Shown here in pieces: positions 1-23,645 of a stretch of DNA of 64,000 nt. Position 1 is the first letter of the stretch. The number at the start of each line of letters is the position of its first letter. The DNA is from Phoronis australis. Lineage: Eukaryota; Animalia; Phoronida. The notes below the pieces were generated by a model, which made no database searches, was not told the origin of the DNA, and saw nothing but the letters and a program-made list of their open reading frames with translations. The stretch spans positions 62,001 through 126,000 of the forward strand of contig NMRA01000584.1 of assembly GCA_002633005.1 (NCBI GenBank). The letters run 5' to 3'. Made by a program: the position numbers and the translations under genes.

Positions 1-879
1 TGCCTCGAAGGAGTTAGTGTGGCCCACAAAGAAGGAAGAGTGAACGTTGCTAGATAGAGCCGTGTGTAAAGAAACGTCACGGTCAGTACTCAACTGTGAC
101 GTAGGCGATTGTCTAAAGACTAGTGGTTAGTGTTGTCGTGCACTTCGTTTTTATTCACATTTCTGTATGATAACACGATTTGGCCTTCAAGTGGCCATTT
201 AATTGTTCTGCGTATCGAGAAATTGGGGATATTGTTTATATACTCAAGTCTTCAAGAAAGTAGAAGTACCGGGAAACGTGAGGCTATAGATACTCAATAA
301 TTATATAGTTTAGGAAGAGGAGAGGTCTTGACACAAATGACCACCTCTTGTCGTTCACACGGCACTCCTATAATTATCGTCTCCTTTCGTGTAGTTATTN
401 ACGGGAGGGGGAAAACCTTGGCGCTATGCGCCTCGGATCCTAACCTCCCCCCCTTACTGAAAACGTAGATCTGCCACTGATGCCTCGAAGGAGTTAGTGT
501 GGCCCACAAAGAAGGAAGAGTGAACGTTGCTAGATATAGCCGTGTGTAAAGAAACGTCACGGTCAGTACTCAACTGTGACGTAGGCGATTGTCTAAAGAC
601 TATTGGTTAGTGTTGTCGTGCACTTCGTTTTTATTCACATTTCTGTATGATAACACGATTTGGCCTTCAAGTGGCCATTTAATTGTTCTGCGTATCGAGA
701 AATTGGGGATATTGTTTATATACTCAAGTCTTCAAGAAAGTAGAAGTACCGGGAAACGTGAGGCTATAGATACTCAATAATTATATAGTTTAGGAAGAGG
801 AGAGGTCTTGACACAAATGACCACCTCTTGTCGTTCACACGGCACTCCTATAATTATCGTCTCCTTTCGTGTAGTTATT
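1..879. repeat. Direct duplication (period 480) joined at a single N; likely assembly/haplotype overlap
   Basis: 1-399 equals 481-879 apart from about 2 substitutions; N at 400. Confidence 0.85.
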
Positions 880-3038
880 AGATAAAACATTTGTTAGTTC
901 ACACCTCAGTTATTTATCAAAATCTGTGACACAGAAAATCTGAAGGCCAAACATAGGTACCGATGTTATCACGTGCGTCTGTGAACATGGAGTGGAGCGG
1001 CATCTGGTGTATAAAAACTGGGTTATCTCTTATAGTGCATTGGGGAGTTCGACACAATAATTTCATGGGAATCTAATCGGCCTAAGACGACCACTAAGAT
1101 AAGCTGATACCAGCAGAACAAATGTATAAATTGATAAAATGATCAATTTTATGCTTGAGCCAGTACACAATATGAGATAATGGTTTACGATAAAACAGCT
1201 ATCTTACTAATTACAGGTAAATATTGAAATATTGTTAACAGTTTACAGACAGGTAAAACACCATCGCATGAAACTCGACACCTACACGCTGGTGCCTGTA
1301 AGGCGACCTGGTAACGTTTTGGTCAAGTCAGGAATCTGACAGCCAACTGCCGAGAATCCCGTTACACCTAGATATAATGCTTTCAAGTGCTTTCCTGAAT
1401 GAACTCTTATCATTCTACATTGCATTTTTCGCAATAAACATAAAAAGGATTCCTTTTGATAATCAGTTACATTCTTATGGTTAACGATATTTTAACCTAT
1501 TGTTTCGTGCCATCTTCTGTTGTTATTCAACCACATCATTTTAAGAGGTTTTTTACAATGTAATTGTTTTTCGGACATGTGCGCAAGCCTGCCAACCCTC
1601 TCTGAACAAGTTTGACGACGAACAGACAGACTATGACGCAAAGCAAAAGTCTCATAGAAGCAGTTTTGTTCCAACTAATTATTTTTACTAAATGAATCCA
1701 ATAGATGCCATAATATTCCCATGAAGATACGTTCGATATCTTTCTTTGGGAAACTCTGTGTTCTTGGCTCTTCTTGTAACATATATCGAGAATTATTTTC
1801 ACACATATTTTTTCGTCTTCCAGTCGTTTCACCCAACAGACAGAACTAAACGATACAAAACATTCAGCAGACTCGTTGATGAGCGTTCCGAACTACGGAG
1901 CAGGAAAATCGCAAAGAACTTTACAAATTGCGATTCGTTCATAGATGTCTTATCTTATAAATATTATAACAAGCCGGCGTAGAATGATATTCACTGTTAG
2001 TGGTGAGTGTACAACAAGAACTGTAGAGTACACACCGCGGATGTGGTAAAACTGGTTAGCATGAATACTTTTAAACCAATCTATTAAGAACTGTGATGTT
2101 TTAAACTAGCAGTAGTTCTATCAGAAACTCGCCTAGTTTAGCAATTAATTCTACATACAAAATCATTTGGATAAAATAGTCCCTCGAACCACTGCGATGT
2201 TTAACAGCTATATCATAACAACAAAGATTGTATACGAGTAGTGATTCAAAAATTCTCTTGCAAGAACTGTTCACAAGCGTTATGTCTGTGTGCGTTTACA
2301 CACTTTTGACTTTATTAGAGTGTAGCCCAAAATATTTAAAGGCCATAAAACTTTTGAATTAATCACCACATTTCACGGACTAATAAAAAATGCTAAGTGC
2401 ATTTCAACTGCGAACAAACATGCTTCCTTATGAGCAATAATCCTCAAGTTTCGTGTAAGTCTGCGACACACCAAATACAAGCCTAAGGTTTACCTAGTAC
2501 AAAGGTTGAGTGTTCAAAGTTGAAATATTACAGGTGAACCTCGACCTAGCAACTCCAGCATCGATTTTCTCGACCCGTTTTGTTTACATAAGCGAGACTT
2601 TGAGCAAGTGTCCGCAAAACTGGCTCAAAGCGTGCATGACTGACGACTTGGAAATAAATTAAAGGAAGCACACACTAATTTTATCAACACTTGTGTTTGA
2701 ACGGCATTGTCTCTTATCGAACCTTATGACGCTCCTCAAAGTTGTCAACATGCATAATGGTCGTGTCCTCCACACGACTCGGCAACTGCGTACACGAGAC
2801 TCACATATAAACCAAAAACATAAGAAGTAAGCGAATTACCAGTGATCATCGTTTGCCATTGCACGATGACATCCCTGTACCATGCACAACGTAAACTATC
2901 ATTGCTATCAAATCCGAGAAGCATAACCAAAATCTGATAACAAAAGGGAAAAAAGTAATTTGGCCCTTTATATCTGAATATTGTGCGCAGATTAATATCG
3001 AAAGAGCTTTTGACAAAGCGATTAAGGTAATCAATACA

Positions 3039-3963
3039 CAACAAGAGCAACACGGAGCGTTGAAATGCGCCCATGGCTGCACCGCAAACGGTGTGCTTCT
3101 AGGGGTGTTTGTATCATAAAATTGGCCATTATATAGCACAGAATACATTGAACCCATCCAAAAACGGGAATATGTTGTCGTCTCTAATCTACCGGCCAAA
3201 TTTCATAAAATTCGTCAAAGAACTCCTAAGATACAAAGGCAAACGTAAAAAATGCCATTAGGAACCACAGCGGAAGTCGAATCCGTTCATCTGCTGTCCA
3301 GTTAACAAGAATACAATTGCAAAATTTCAAAAACATTTTGCAGTGTCAAAGGAGATACAACCGTAGATGCGAAAAATGTCACTAGGGGACACCAAATAGT
3401 TGGACCCGCTGCAAACCCACGTCAGTCATGCTGTTGTCAGTAGGAACACAACTGTCATCATCCTCTGCGCGGTTTGGCAGATACAGACGCAGACGACAAA
3501 AACAGACTAAAATAATTAAAATGGTCACTAGTTGGTGCAGAATACGTCCATCACAAAAAGAAAAGGTGCTGCCGTCCTCATAATAAAAATTTGTTTCCCA
3601 AATTTCATGAAAACGTATCAAGGAACTTTGAAGTTAAAGAGGCAAACGTTAAAAATAAAATTGACTCTAGGGAACACATGTGTAGTTGAATTGGTCTGAA
3701 ACTAGCCGTCATCTGTTGTCATATCGATAGGAGCACATCTGCTAAAATTCAGAACGATCTTGCAAAGGGCAAAGGACTGAGGTACGGCCATTGACACAAA
3801 AAATAAAATTGCCACTAAGGGGTGCCAAAGTAGTTTAACACGTCCGAAAATCGGCGTTAGCATCGGGTTTTGGGCATAGAACAGCGGACGTCGGACGGGC
3901 GGACGTTCGGACGCACGGACAGGGATGACGGCATAACGCGCCCACGTATGTGTGCGCATAAAA
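3039..3963. mobile_element. Helentron/HINE-like non-autonomous element
   Basis: Begins ACAAGAGC, has internal degenerate subrepeats (aaatttcataaa...aaaaatgccattagg at about 3198, 3321, 3601, 3744), a (GGAC)n-like tract at 3887-3922, and a terminal small hairpin gcgccca...tgtgcgc followed by ataaaaa. This layout is typical of DINE-1/HINE-like elements in invertebrates. Confidence 0.55.
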
Positions 3964-5656
3964 ACCAGAAAGTGATAGAATTGAACAGAACAATAAATAA
4001 GTAGAAGAAACTCAGAAATGAGTCGCACAAAAGATAATTTCTTTTAAATCGGTTACCTATACGAAACGCCTGTTTTAAACGTTTTAAGTAGTAACTAAAC
4101 AAAGATGATACCCGAATTTTTATTTCCAAATTACACTTCACATGTAAATGAAAAGAATTCACAAATACGTAACAGATTAAAAATAAAAAATATTCCTTAA
4201 GTGGTAGTCATTTATTTTCGTGAGCAAGAGGACACATTCCAAACAACTATTGTTGATACCAACAGGGGAAATCTAATTAATGATTCATACTAACTTCATA
4301 GACTAAAGCTACGAATGCCTTTGACACATCTCCCCTATATTATAGAAATAATTCGCCGTTATTCAATAGGCCATGTTTGAATAATTTAATAAAAAAAATC
4401 CGCATTCCGTTATAAAATCGCGTCGTTAGCTCTTGCTGTCGCCAAGAGAAGGAACCGGTTTTATTCATAAACGCGTTACCTAGAAGACGACCCAGCTCTA
4501 TAATAACCGCGTTTGTCTTATTCCAGCGCTTATGTTTGCTTAGCGATAATTTTCGTTGCACAAGATTTTAGGTTCAGCCCGCATTCCCGCAGATAACCAC
4601 GTATACACAACAACACCCAGTTTATGGCTTTGACGTCTTCTTACCTGGCAAAGTTAAACTACTTTTCATGAAGTCGTATAGACCAGTGAGCTCTTTTACT
4701 GAGCCTCAGTTCAAAAACTATATAAATGCTCACGACAATTAAAATTTGAAAATCAGAAAACATCAGATTTTAAGTGAATTCTTTCAGAATGTCTTACAAA
4801 ATTGGATCGGTTATATTGTTCAGGATTTTCCTCTTTAACTCCAAACATGTATACTTTTAATGGCGATACAGGATGAGAACCGCACTAGGTAATTTACAAC
4901 ATTTGTCGTGTAACTAAGCGGTTTGAAAATTAGAGAATATTTTGTTTCAAACTCATAATCTGATTTAATTCGTTATTTAAAGTCACAAATAAAATTACAC
5001 GAATAATTCCCCCCAAAATGAAGGGTTGTCAGGAAACGAAAGACAGAGATCTGTGGAAATAAAATGTTGTTGCACGAGGACACGTTCAGGAAAACGCCGT
5101 GATGAGTGACAGAATCGAGTGCTGCGAACGTGCGCGTTCCATCAGTGACTCAGCTTAGTGACATGCGAGCGTTCAACAGATTTAGTGAGATGCACACAGC
5201 CAATGATATGCAGTGCACAAAAACAAAGCGAGAACTTTCGTCATTATAGAGTTTGCATACGAATATCAAAAATGAAATGAATGAAGCGACGTGGTCTAAA
5301 AAGTGAAGTGCTCAATATTTCCCTGTGACTGTTTCGCTTCTCGCTACAATAAAATCAGTGATATTAATGTTAATTTATCTTTACACGTATGTTTACAGGG
5401 TATATAATTTTATTGCTTATGTTTTGGAATTTACTGTCCTGACACGGCGACAATGGGTTTAGATGTGTCAACTGCTATAAGTGGAGCAGGTCACCGTGGT
5501 CAGTAAGATTTAAAATCTCAGAACATAATTTTGACATTTACCGTTCAGTTAACTGAATGTTAGCCATGGCGCTTCAAATGTTAAGCCTGCCATGTCTACA
5601 CACACTTCCTTGAAAATTATTAATGTAATTTCTAAAAAATTAAAACTAGTAGTTAC

Positions 5657-6464
5657 CATTTACGGGCGCTCTCCGTAAATCTTGTTGGGCCATCCCTGGA
5701 AGAGCTTGGTGTCCAAAATTCGGCGACCATTCTGTAGGTGTGTAACCGTAGCTGCTGGCACCGTTAGACTGCGTCAGATGATGAACAGGCATGTTGGCGT
5801 GGAAGGCCGCGTACCGGGACACGCTACCAGAACTAGGCGGGCTGGAGTAACTTGCAAGGTCTGGCCCAGCCCCCGTCGACTGCCAAAATTGACTGGGCTG
5901 AGAGGTCGATGGTAGAGTCGCCGGTGAACCGTAATGAGCAGGCAAGAGTGGACGAGAGGAGGGCGGCACGTAAACAGGGGTTGCGGGTTTATATTCCGAG
6001 TAGAGGGCAGACTGAAGACTGTGGCCTTTGGGATAAAAACTCTGGATAGGTGGAACGCCTCCTGTATTGGAGGCGTTGGTTAACGTGGCTAAGCTAGCGT
6101 GGGTCGGGTTTTCGATTATGGCTGACGTGTACGGAACACTGGAGACCATGGGCCGCTCAATACTTTTGAAGAACACCTCTACCTCCTCTTGTTGTAAAAT
6201 TCCACTGGGTGGATCACCATATTGACTGCTAACTATAGGTCCACGAGTTACTGATGCCACCGCGGCACTAGCCTGGTCGCCATTGTGGTTTCCAGGAGCG
6301 CTAGACGCCGTCTCTTCCTGTTCTTCCTTGATGCTGCTGGCCTTACTGGAGGCTCCTTCTTGCTTCACCAGCTCACTTTTAACTACCTCACTTCGTTGGT
6401 CGTCAGCCGGTCGATGCCACGAGGTTTTATCCTCTTGCTGCGATGACATTATTTTCAATTTCAT
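5657..6464 (-). CDS. GATA4/5/6: First coding exon (N-terminal activation domain) of a second, tandem GATA4/5/6-like gene, paralogue B; zinc-finger exons not in window
   Basis: 269-codon Ser/Pro-rich ORF ending at a phase-1 donor (AAT G|gtaact at 5657/5656), the same phase as exon 1 of paralogue A. Collinear motifs with A: ILQQEEVEVFFKSIE vs LLPKEDVEIFFNHLE; ATPVYVPPSSRPLLPAHY vs ASPVYVPTTRTMLPVQY; QFWQ vs SMWP; SRYAAF vs GRFAF. Upstream acceptor ttttattttcccag near 6487. Start could be 6464 or 6449. Confidence 0.8.
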
Positions 6465-9400
6465 TAAGTTTCATTGACTGTGACTTCTGGGAAAATAAAA
6501 ATGTAGTCTGTTCGCGACCCTTGTCCAATCGCCTCTGTTTAGCCTGCTTGAGAAAAGGAAGTTAAATAGAAACAAAGCCCAGGTGAGCAAAAAACGAGGA
6601 ATTTAAATTCACCCCACAGCAGGTGTAAATTCAAGATGGCCGACTAACAAGGTTTTTATTTGAACAGTGACATGCGCCATATTGTCGCAAATTGTGCCGA
6701 GATCGACATCCGTGTATACTTTTTGTTGAGTGCCACATGTCCCAGCTTCAAGACACCAGTAAAACGCCCTAGAAGCCAAACAGAAGGAACCAAGTTTCAC
6801 GAAAATAACCTTGTTGATTTCGCAACGACAAACTGGATGGCATTTATAGTCTGCAACAGCTCAGCTATACATGAATTCTACCAGTAATTACCGCATTATT
6901 CGGCAAATACAGTTTTGGCTTCAATTTTGTAGATGGTAAAGTGTTATGTCAATATGTGTCCAGATATGTGATAAGGCAATCGTGCAACTCTCTGTTATAG
7001 TAAACTAAAGGTTTTGATATGCTATCGTGATTTGGCGATATGATTGCGAGTGACTATGCATTCAGACTGCCCTAAATTTCTGCTCTATATTCTACATGTA
7101 CAAGGATGTCCGTGATACGCCTAGAAAGTTTAACATAAACCAACACGAACTGTTAACACTTAAAACACAAACAGTCTTTGCTCACGACTAAAAAGCATAT
7201 TTAACCAGCCATAATCGCCGTATAAAAAAACAATAACGAGGAAAGCCCTCGTCACCGATAACTGAAACGATATGATAAGACTGGGAGGTCGTAGCTGGTT
7301 CATGAAATGAGTCTGTTGTCTAACAGTCTTCAAGAAAGATAAAAGAAACTCGATTCCTACCCCTAATTAACTGCTACAGATAAGCGTTTTCTTCCGTCCT
7401 TTTCCAGATATGTCTGTGTGGCGGGCACTGCTTCGGCGTGTATGCAAATTAAATACGCACTCTGAGAAGCCGTTTAGGGGAGATCTGGGTCCCAAACTGG
7501 ACGAGTCCATTTTCCTGGTTAGCATTAGGAATCAGGCCTCGTTAAATAGTTATTCGTCATGGTGCAATTTGAGAGTGATATTCATGTACAAGAAATATTT
7601 ATAGCAACAACACACCCTGTTGGACAGAATCGCATAACTTTATCAAGTTTCTAAACTTCGCCTTCATTACGTGGGACTGCATGACTTGTCTCTTGACCGC
7701 TACCCGTGCCATTAGTGATATATTTGTGTAGTATTTCACGCCTAATTTTTCTCCGGCTGTGACATTTACATTCGAACCGCTTTCCAAGTGTCGCTAGACG
7801 TCAGCTCTGCCTCGATCAAACAAGGTCATAAATTTGGGACGTTTTATATTGGTAATATGAATATTTGACACATTTACAGAACCCATCTATCTTAAGTGTT
7901 TGTTTAACGTCCAGAGTTCATTGTTTTTCGTCTTATCGCTCCTTAGTTTTGTCGGACATGAATATAACACACGATTGGGCAACAACATGGAACGACATAA
8001 AAGAACCACGATGTATGCGGATTTTACAAAAACCGATAAGTTGCCTTGCTTATTTCTAAAACGGTTGTTGATTGGCGTGTCAATGTGAGATAAGCTCACC
8101 CTGCCAAAGGTTACGCGGCCTCCAAGTTTCAACCTGAAAGATAACATACACATATAAGACACTTTTAGCAGCACATTCAATAAAACTTCTTACGCCTTAT
8201 TTTGACAGCAAGTGTTCTTTAAGGGGGTATCTCGTCCAAGCAACGTGTAGCTCTGCTGTACATTGCCCTCAGAAATTGTCCATGACCTGGATCACTTTCG
8301 CGTCTATTTAGCAAAAGACAGCGTAAGCACTTGAACAGTCGGTGGTTCTAAACATGTTGAATGTATGACTTCCGTTTTAGGTTTCCCTTCAATTGTCAGT
8401 CGTGGCGATTCCCTTGGACAACTTCTTTTAATCGCTTAAAACGTATTGCTCGAGGGAAACAATGACGAATAGTGTTAAAGACAATCACCCATAATGCAAC
8501 GAAAATCTCGTTACCAATAACTTATACCTTAGATTAGATGTCTGTCAAGCAGACAAAACCTCCCTAATGAAATATTTCAGTTCAACGTGTCATATCGTAA
8601 ACAATAGGTGTCTCTATATATCTGCTTGTGGAGGGAGCCGTTCACCTAATGGCACTTGCGCAGCTCTACATTTCATTGGCCTAAAATAGCTCTAGACACA
8701 AGCATGCATTTTGGCTGCAACCATGGTTATTTTTATTTAACAAGTGCGCAAATATGTACACAAGCAACATATTATTGCAGTGTGATGTGAATGAATGTGC
8801 GCGTTATATGCACGTATCAGCATTTTATAGTCACGTTACTTAACCACAATTCGAACAACTGCAGTTACGAAATGCATCCCAAATTGATCAGACTGGCATT
8901 TGAAATAATTTAGAATAAAGACGGTTGCGTATGTAACGCAAAAATGTACCCATCAGGTTGTTTTTTCCCAGGAGAGCATTTTCTCATTGGAACTACACGT
9001 ATTACTGTCACGAAAACGACGTTCATTCGTGCTCGACTTTAAGAAACACTATCGACGACAATGTTTGTTTGAGATCATCCCCAAGACAAATTCGCGGTCG
9101 TATTGTCATTAAAGCTAAAAAACCAACGTGGCAAAAAAGTGGTGCTAAGGTCACCGGCGTTGCATCCAGTTGATTCTAGATAAAGGCTGGAGGCCATAGT
9201 ACGGAATTGGCTATTTCTAACAAAATATCAAAAATACAACGAATTTTACGATGCCTATCCTTCACAATAACAGTCCCAAGATTTAACATACAACGTATTG
9301 TCTACCTTTAATGGTTGTACGGTAGTTGAACTACGATTTTTTGTGTCACGTGCAAATATGACGTCTTTCACGTCAGCTGCTAGTGTCCTGTTTTCAGTTT

Positions 9401-10118
9401 GTTCTGAGAGGTTCATTTCCAAAGTCGCCGAGTCCTAAAACCAGTTCTTGAGAAATGAGATTTTTCAACTCGAAGCATTTAAGTACATAACTGAAATTGA
9501 TGCGCCATTTTGGAAACAATTGATCGAATACAGGATTACATTTTTACGCCTTTCGGTTGCCACGGCAACATTTCTCAAATAAAAATACCATATTTAAGGC
9601 AATTTTAGAGACAGCATACAGAAGTGGTTTTACCACAAATCAATTTTTAGTTTATTTAATTTTGCTTGATTAGTAATTCATTATGAAACGCTTAGTGGAT
9701 CTACAAGCGAAATATTTATTCATCAGTTTTTTTTAAGTCAAACGTCATCTTTGTTAACAAACTCACAAATACGGTTTGGAATTTTGCATGTATGATAGAT
9801 AAAAAATGTAGTCTTGTTATATATCTTAGTTTTGCTAATGCTGAGATATTTGTGGTGCAGAAAGTGGAACAATGTGGTACACTTTCCCAACAGATAAAAA
9901 GCTGAAGCTTAGAGTAAACAGTGTGAGATATCTGATTATCAGATTGGCAAGCAGGGGAGAAAACCAACACCTCAAGCATAAAGACCACGAGTTCTGACAA
10001 AGCGCTGGTAGGGATTTTGCGCCAAAGGGTTTCTTTCATTTCAGAACATTTGGCCAGTCGCACTTTGTATTCAAGCAAGATGACAATGAAAATTCACAGC
10101 AACTTTTGGGAATAACAG

Positions 10119-10124
10119 TTTATT
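10119..10124 (-). other. Probable polyadenylation signal of GATA paralogue A (about 1.4-kb AU-rich 3'UTR)
   Basis: AATAAA on the minus strand followed by GT/T-rich sequence, downstream of the stop at 11549. Confidence 0.45.
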
Positions 10125-11548
10125 GACACATATTTGTTTATAGACTTTCACGCTTATCATCGCTATACTGGTTCTAGCCAGTAATCGACTCCTTCCAAGT
10201 ATATTATAATACAATAAATAATTGTTTATAAACCACGGTCAGGTTCAGTTGTTTAAAACTGAAAGTTAATGGCAAGATTACGCATAACTGAACAAGTAAC
10301 AAAATACATCGCACAGATATTACGACGTACGTTAGACAAGGCAACTCCTTGGAAATAATGCTGACATCGAACTAATATTTTAACGCTCACTAGATAAGTC
10401 AGTGGAAATAACAGTTACAAGATTGTCAGGGACATTCGTGAAAAGCAATTTAACGAAATTAGCAGTACCGCAAAACCAGCCAATCGTTCTGCCGCTGATC
10501 AAAATCCCCAGTATTTTAAGATGTAAACAGTAGACACCAGCCTTGATTTGACTGAATGTCTGGCAGACAACGGCAAGAATTATGTAGATTTCAATGAAGT
10601 CTCGAAAATACAACGGATTTTGTTGTTTTAATGCTTCGGTCACACCTAATAAATTCAAAAATGTCCATCTCATCCTGAACAACACCAAAAATTCGTTTTT
10701 TCAGCCAACGATAATCCTTAAAACAGCCGAAGAACATTAGGACAAATAAAATGCTACACCAACGAAATAAAGCTATTGTTTAAACAATATCGACGTTTTA
10801 CGTAAAGTAAACAGAATTATCGATTATGAGCAGTAACTCACGTAACATTTATAATTGTACGATATAACAACAAAGTCCTGCAACTATATCAAACATTTTC
10901 CAAAGATATATACAAAAAACATCACCACACAGTGTTAATTAAATACATAATTTAAGTCTTAATTGATTTAAATATAACGTTTTAACACAAATAAATTAAC
11001 AGTCAATCATCATCAGTAGGCAAGATCAAGCTCAATAAAATAAACAAAGTGTTCGTAAACTCACCGTGCATAGGAAACAGTCTATTTACAAATTGGCACC
11101 TTGAAATCAGCAAACAAAATAAATGAGGTAGAAAACGCAAAAGTATATCTATCAAATTTCATCGGCAAGATAGTTTTGTTAGCCTAAAGAGTTCTCGTTG
11201 GGTCACTCACGAGACCTCAAAACGCGAACTATTCTTCCAGTGTCAAACCACTGCTACGTGTTCAATATTAACCGTTGGTAGAATACTATGGCACCAATAA
11301 TTCACTACCGTAATCTAAAAACAAATATTCACGAAAAATCACTATGACCCAATTCTATTCTGTGAAGTAGGCTAGCGGACGTTGTGGCTTCGACAGCACA
11401 TCTCGCGTAATGTTCAGAGATTTCCACAAGGAATGGTTAACCTAAACATGAAGATACCGCCAACAATGTCGTAGTTAACTGTTCATGGTTTCCAGTTAGT
11501 TAGTTCATTATTACAACACCCTACGTTGTGCGCGCGCTTGCATAAACT

Positions 11549-21817
<10,269 letters not shown>

Positions 21818-23413
21818 ATGAGACTGCCATGTCGGTGTGGTGCAAGAGTAGTGATGTGGTCAATAGAATCTGGCGAGAAGCTGCAACGACAAGTGCCAAC
21901 CTACAATTTAGACTAGACAGTCGCTTTTGTGATTGGCTATTTCATCGCTATAAGTAACACAAATGGTCGCAGCAGTAAACAATCACTTAAACGAGCAACA
22001 AACTGGCAGACCAAGCCGAACTATGAAAATATTGTCTTAACTAAAATAAAGTTTCTCAGCCAGATGTTTCATAAAACATAACTTATCACTCTACACTCTT
22101 ACCCAGCTAAATAACTTAAGACCTTTCTCGACCATCCACCGTCTAGTTGGTGGCTGTAAAGCTTTCAACACAGCAAATTCTAGTCCGCATTCTTGATCTT
22201 GTAATGATATGTGGTTTTGTTGATATGTTTTGAAAATATTTTGTTATTTAATTTGAGACTGATAACCCCTCGGAGTAGAAATGTCAGTGTCAACGTTTAA
22301 CAAATTCACCATACTTTACGCCTATGGCCTAAATACCAAACAAACCTCCTAGCTACATGTATCATGCCGCCAGTTTGAAGCCAGTTTTACGGCGTCAAAT
22401 CATTCACAGAATATTTACGACTCCACCACGTGAGTGAATGGCAGTATAAGCAATTCAATGATTGTTTTGAATCGCATATTCTATTGAAATTCCGGGGCTA
22501 ACTTTTCCCAATGCTTTCATCATTCTACAGTTAGAGTCGTGAAAACGTGAGAAAGGTAAATCCCTAAACGGGTCGATGACAACTAAAATCGCCAACTTCA
22601 GTTTCCAAAAACCATAACAGTTCCCCAAAGAACCAAACTGTCCAAGACCATGACTGTGCATTTCTTTGATGGTTAGAAAAAAATCACATATGTATCAATT
22701 ATTTGGTAGCCCTCTCCAGAAATTTCACCAAAATTAACGGGAATAAAATCGTTAATTCCCTGTATCCATAAACGCCAAACATGTTTGTGAAGACACCACG
22801 CAATTCTGTAAGGCCAAAAGAGAGGAAAGTATTTTACTCGTTAAGTACCCACTTTGTTATGAAGTAAACTTACAAAAAGAAATCCCAAAAGGATTCCAGC
22901 CTTCAACGGACAGGTGCCAGACATGACGACTTTTAAAATTACTGTGCGAGCAATAGTTTGGTTGATCATTGGCAATTTGATAGACGTTAAGTCTTCCAGT
23001 TAACTGGCTGAATTAACGAGGGGATCGCGGCGAGCTGATGAACCGATCCATCAGCGAACACCCGTCCTATGTGTTTATTTGACTGTTTGTAATTGATTCA
23101 AATTAATAGATACGGATCCAGCCATGTAGAACTGGTTAAGTCTCTTCACTTATCAACAAAAACACTGTCTGTGGACCAGCTCATGCCTAGGTCGACGTGA
23201 GCTAGAAAAAAGAAAGAGGCAACGGGCTCAAAACAACGACCGAAATTATGATTCTTTGGCCTAAAAAGAAGGGCAACGTGGCAAACGATACGTCGTCTCA
23301 TTTATTCATCACAGAATTAGATGCACACTGAATCACAGAAAACTCAAAATGCGTAAACTGCACAGTCCTTGCACCGCAATCCAATGCATTAACATTAGGA
23401 AAANNNNNNNNNN

Positions 23414-23645
23414 GGGGGGGCTCGAACGAGCCTCCCCCCATTTAGCGAAGTGGGCAAAAAGGTCCGCCTCAGAGAAACAAAAACGAGATAAAAGTCCACT
23501 AAATAGGTGCAAACGCACAATTCATAGCACATGCAGCTCCGATAGTGGTACTGTTGCTTTTTTAGTCAACTGGCTAATTTGTTTGTAAAAGGTCCACATG
23601 CCAAGAATTCGAGCCCCCCCCATTGAAGGCTGGGTGCGCGCATGA
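23414..23645 (+). repeat. Interspersed MITE-like repeat; related copy at 51245-51450
   Basis: Shared gggggctcga, tgggcaaaaaggtccgcctc and aaaaggtc blocks; this copy ends ctgggtgcgc, complementary to the gcgcacccag start of the 51247 copy; N gap at 23404-23413. Confidence 0.65.

Noticed and set aside
1-879. Apparent recent 480-bp tandem duplication
   Set aside because: Copies meet at a single N and differ by about 2 SNPs, the signature of unmerged allelic contig ends.
23030-23062. Hammerhead ribozyme core (ctgatga in a small hairpin)
   Set aside because: No correctly placed GAAA or three-stem junction.
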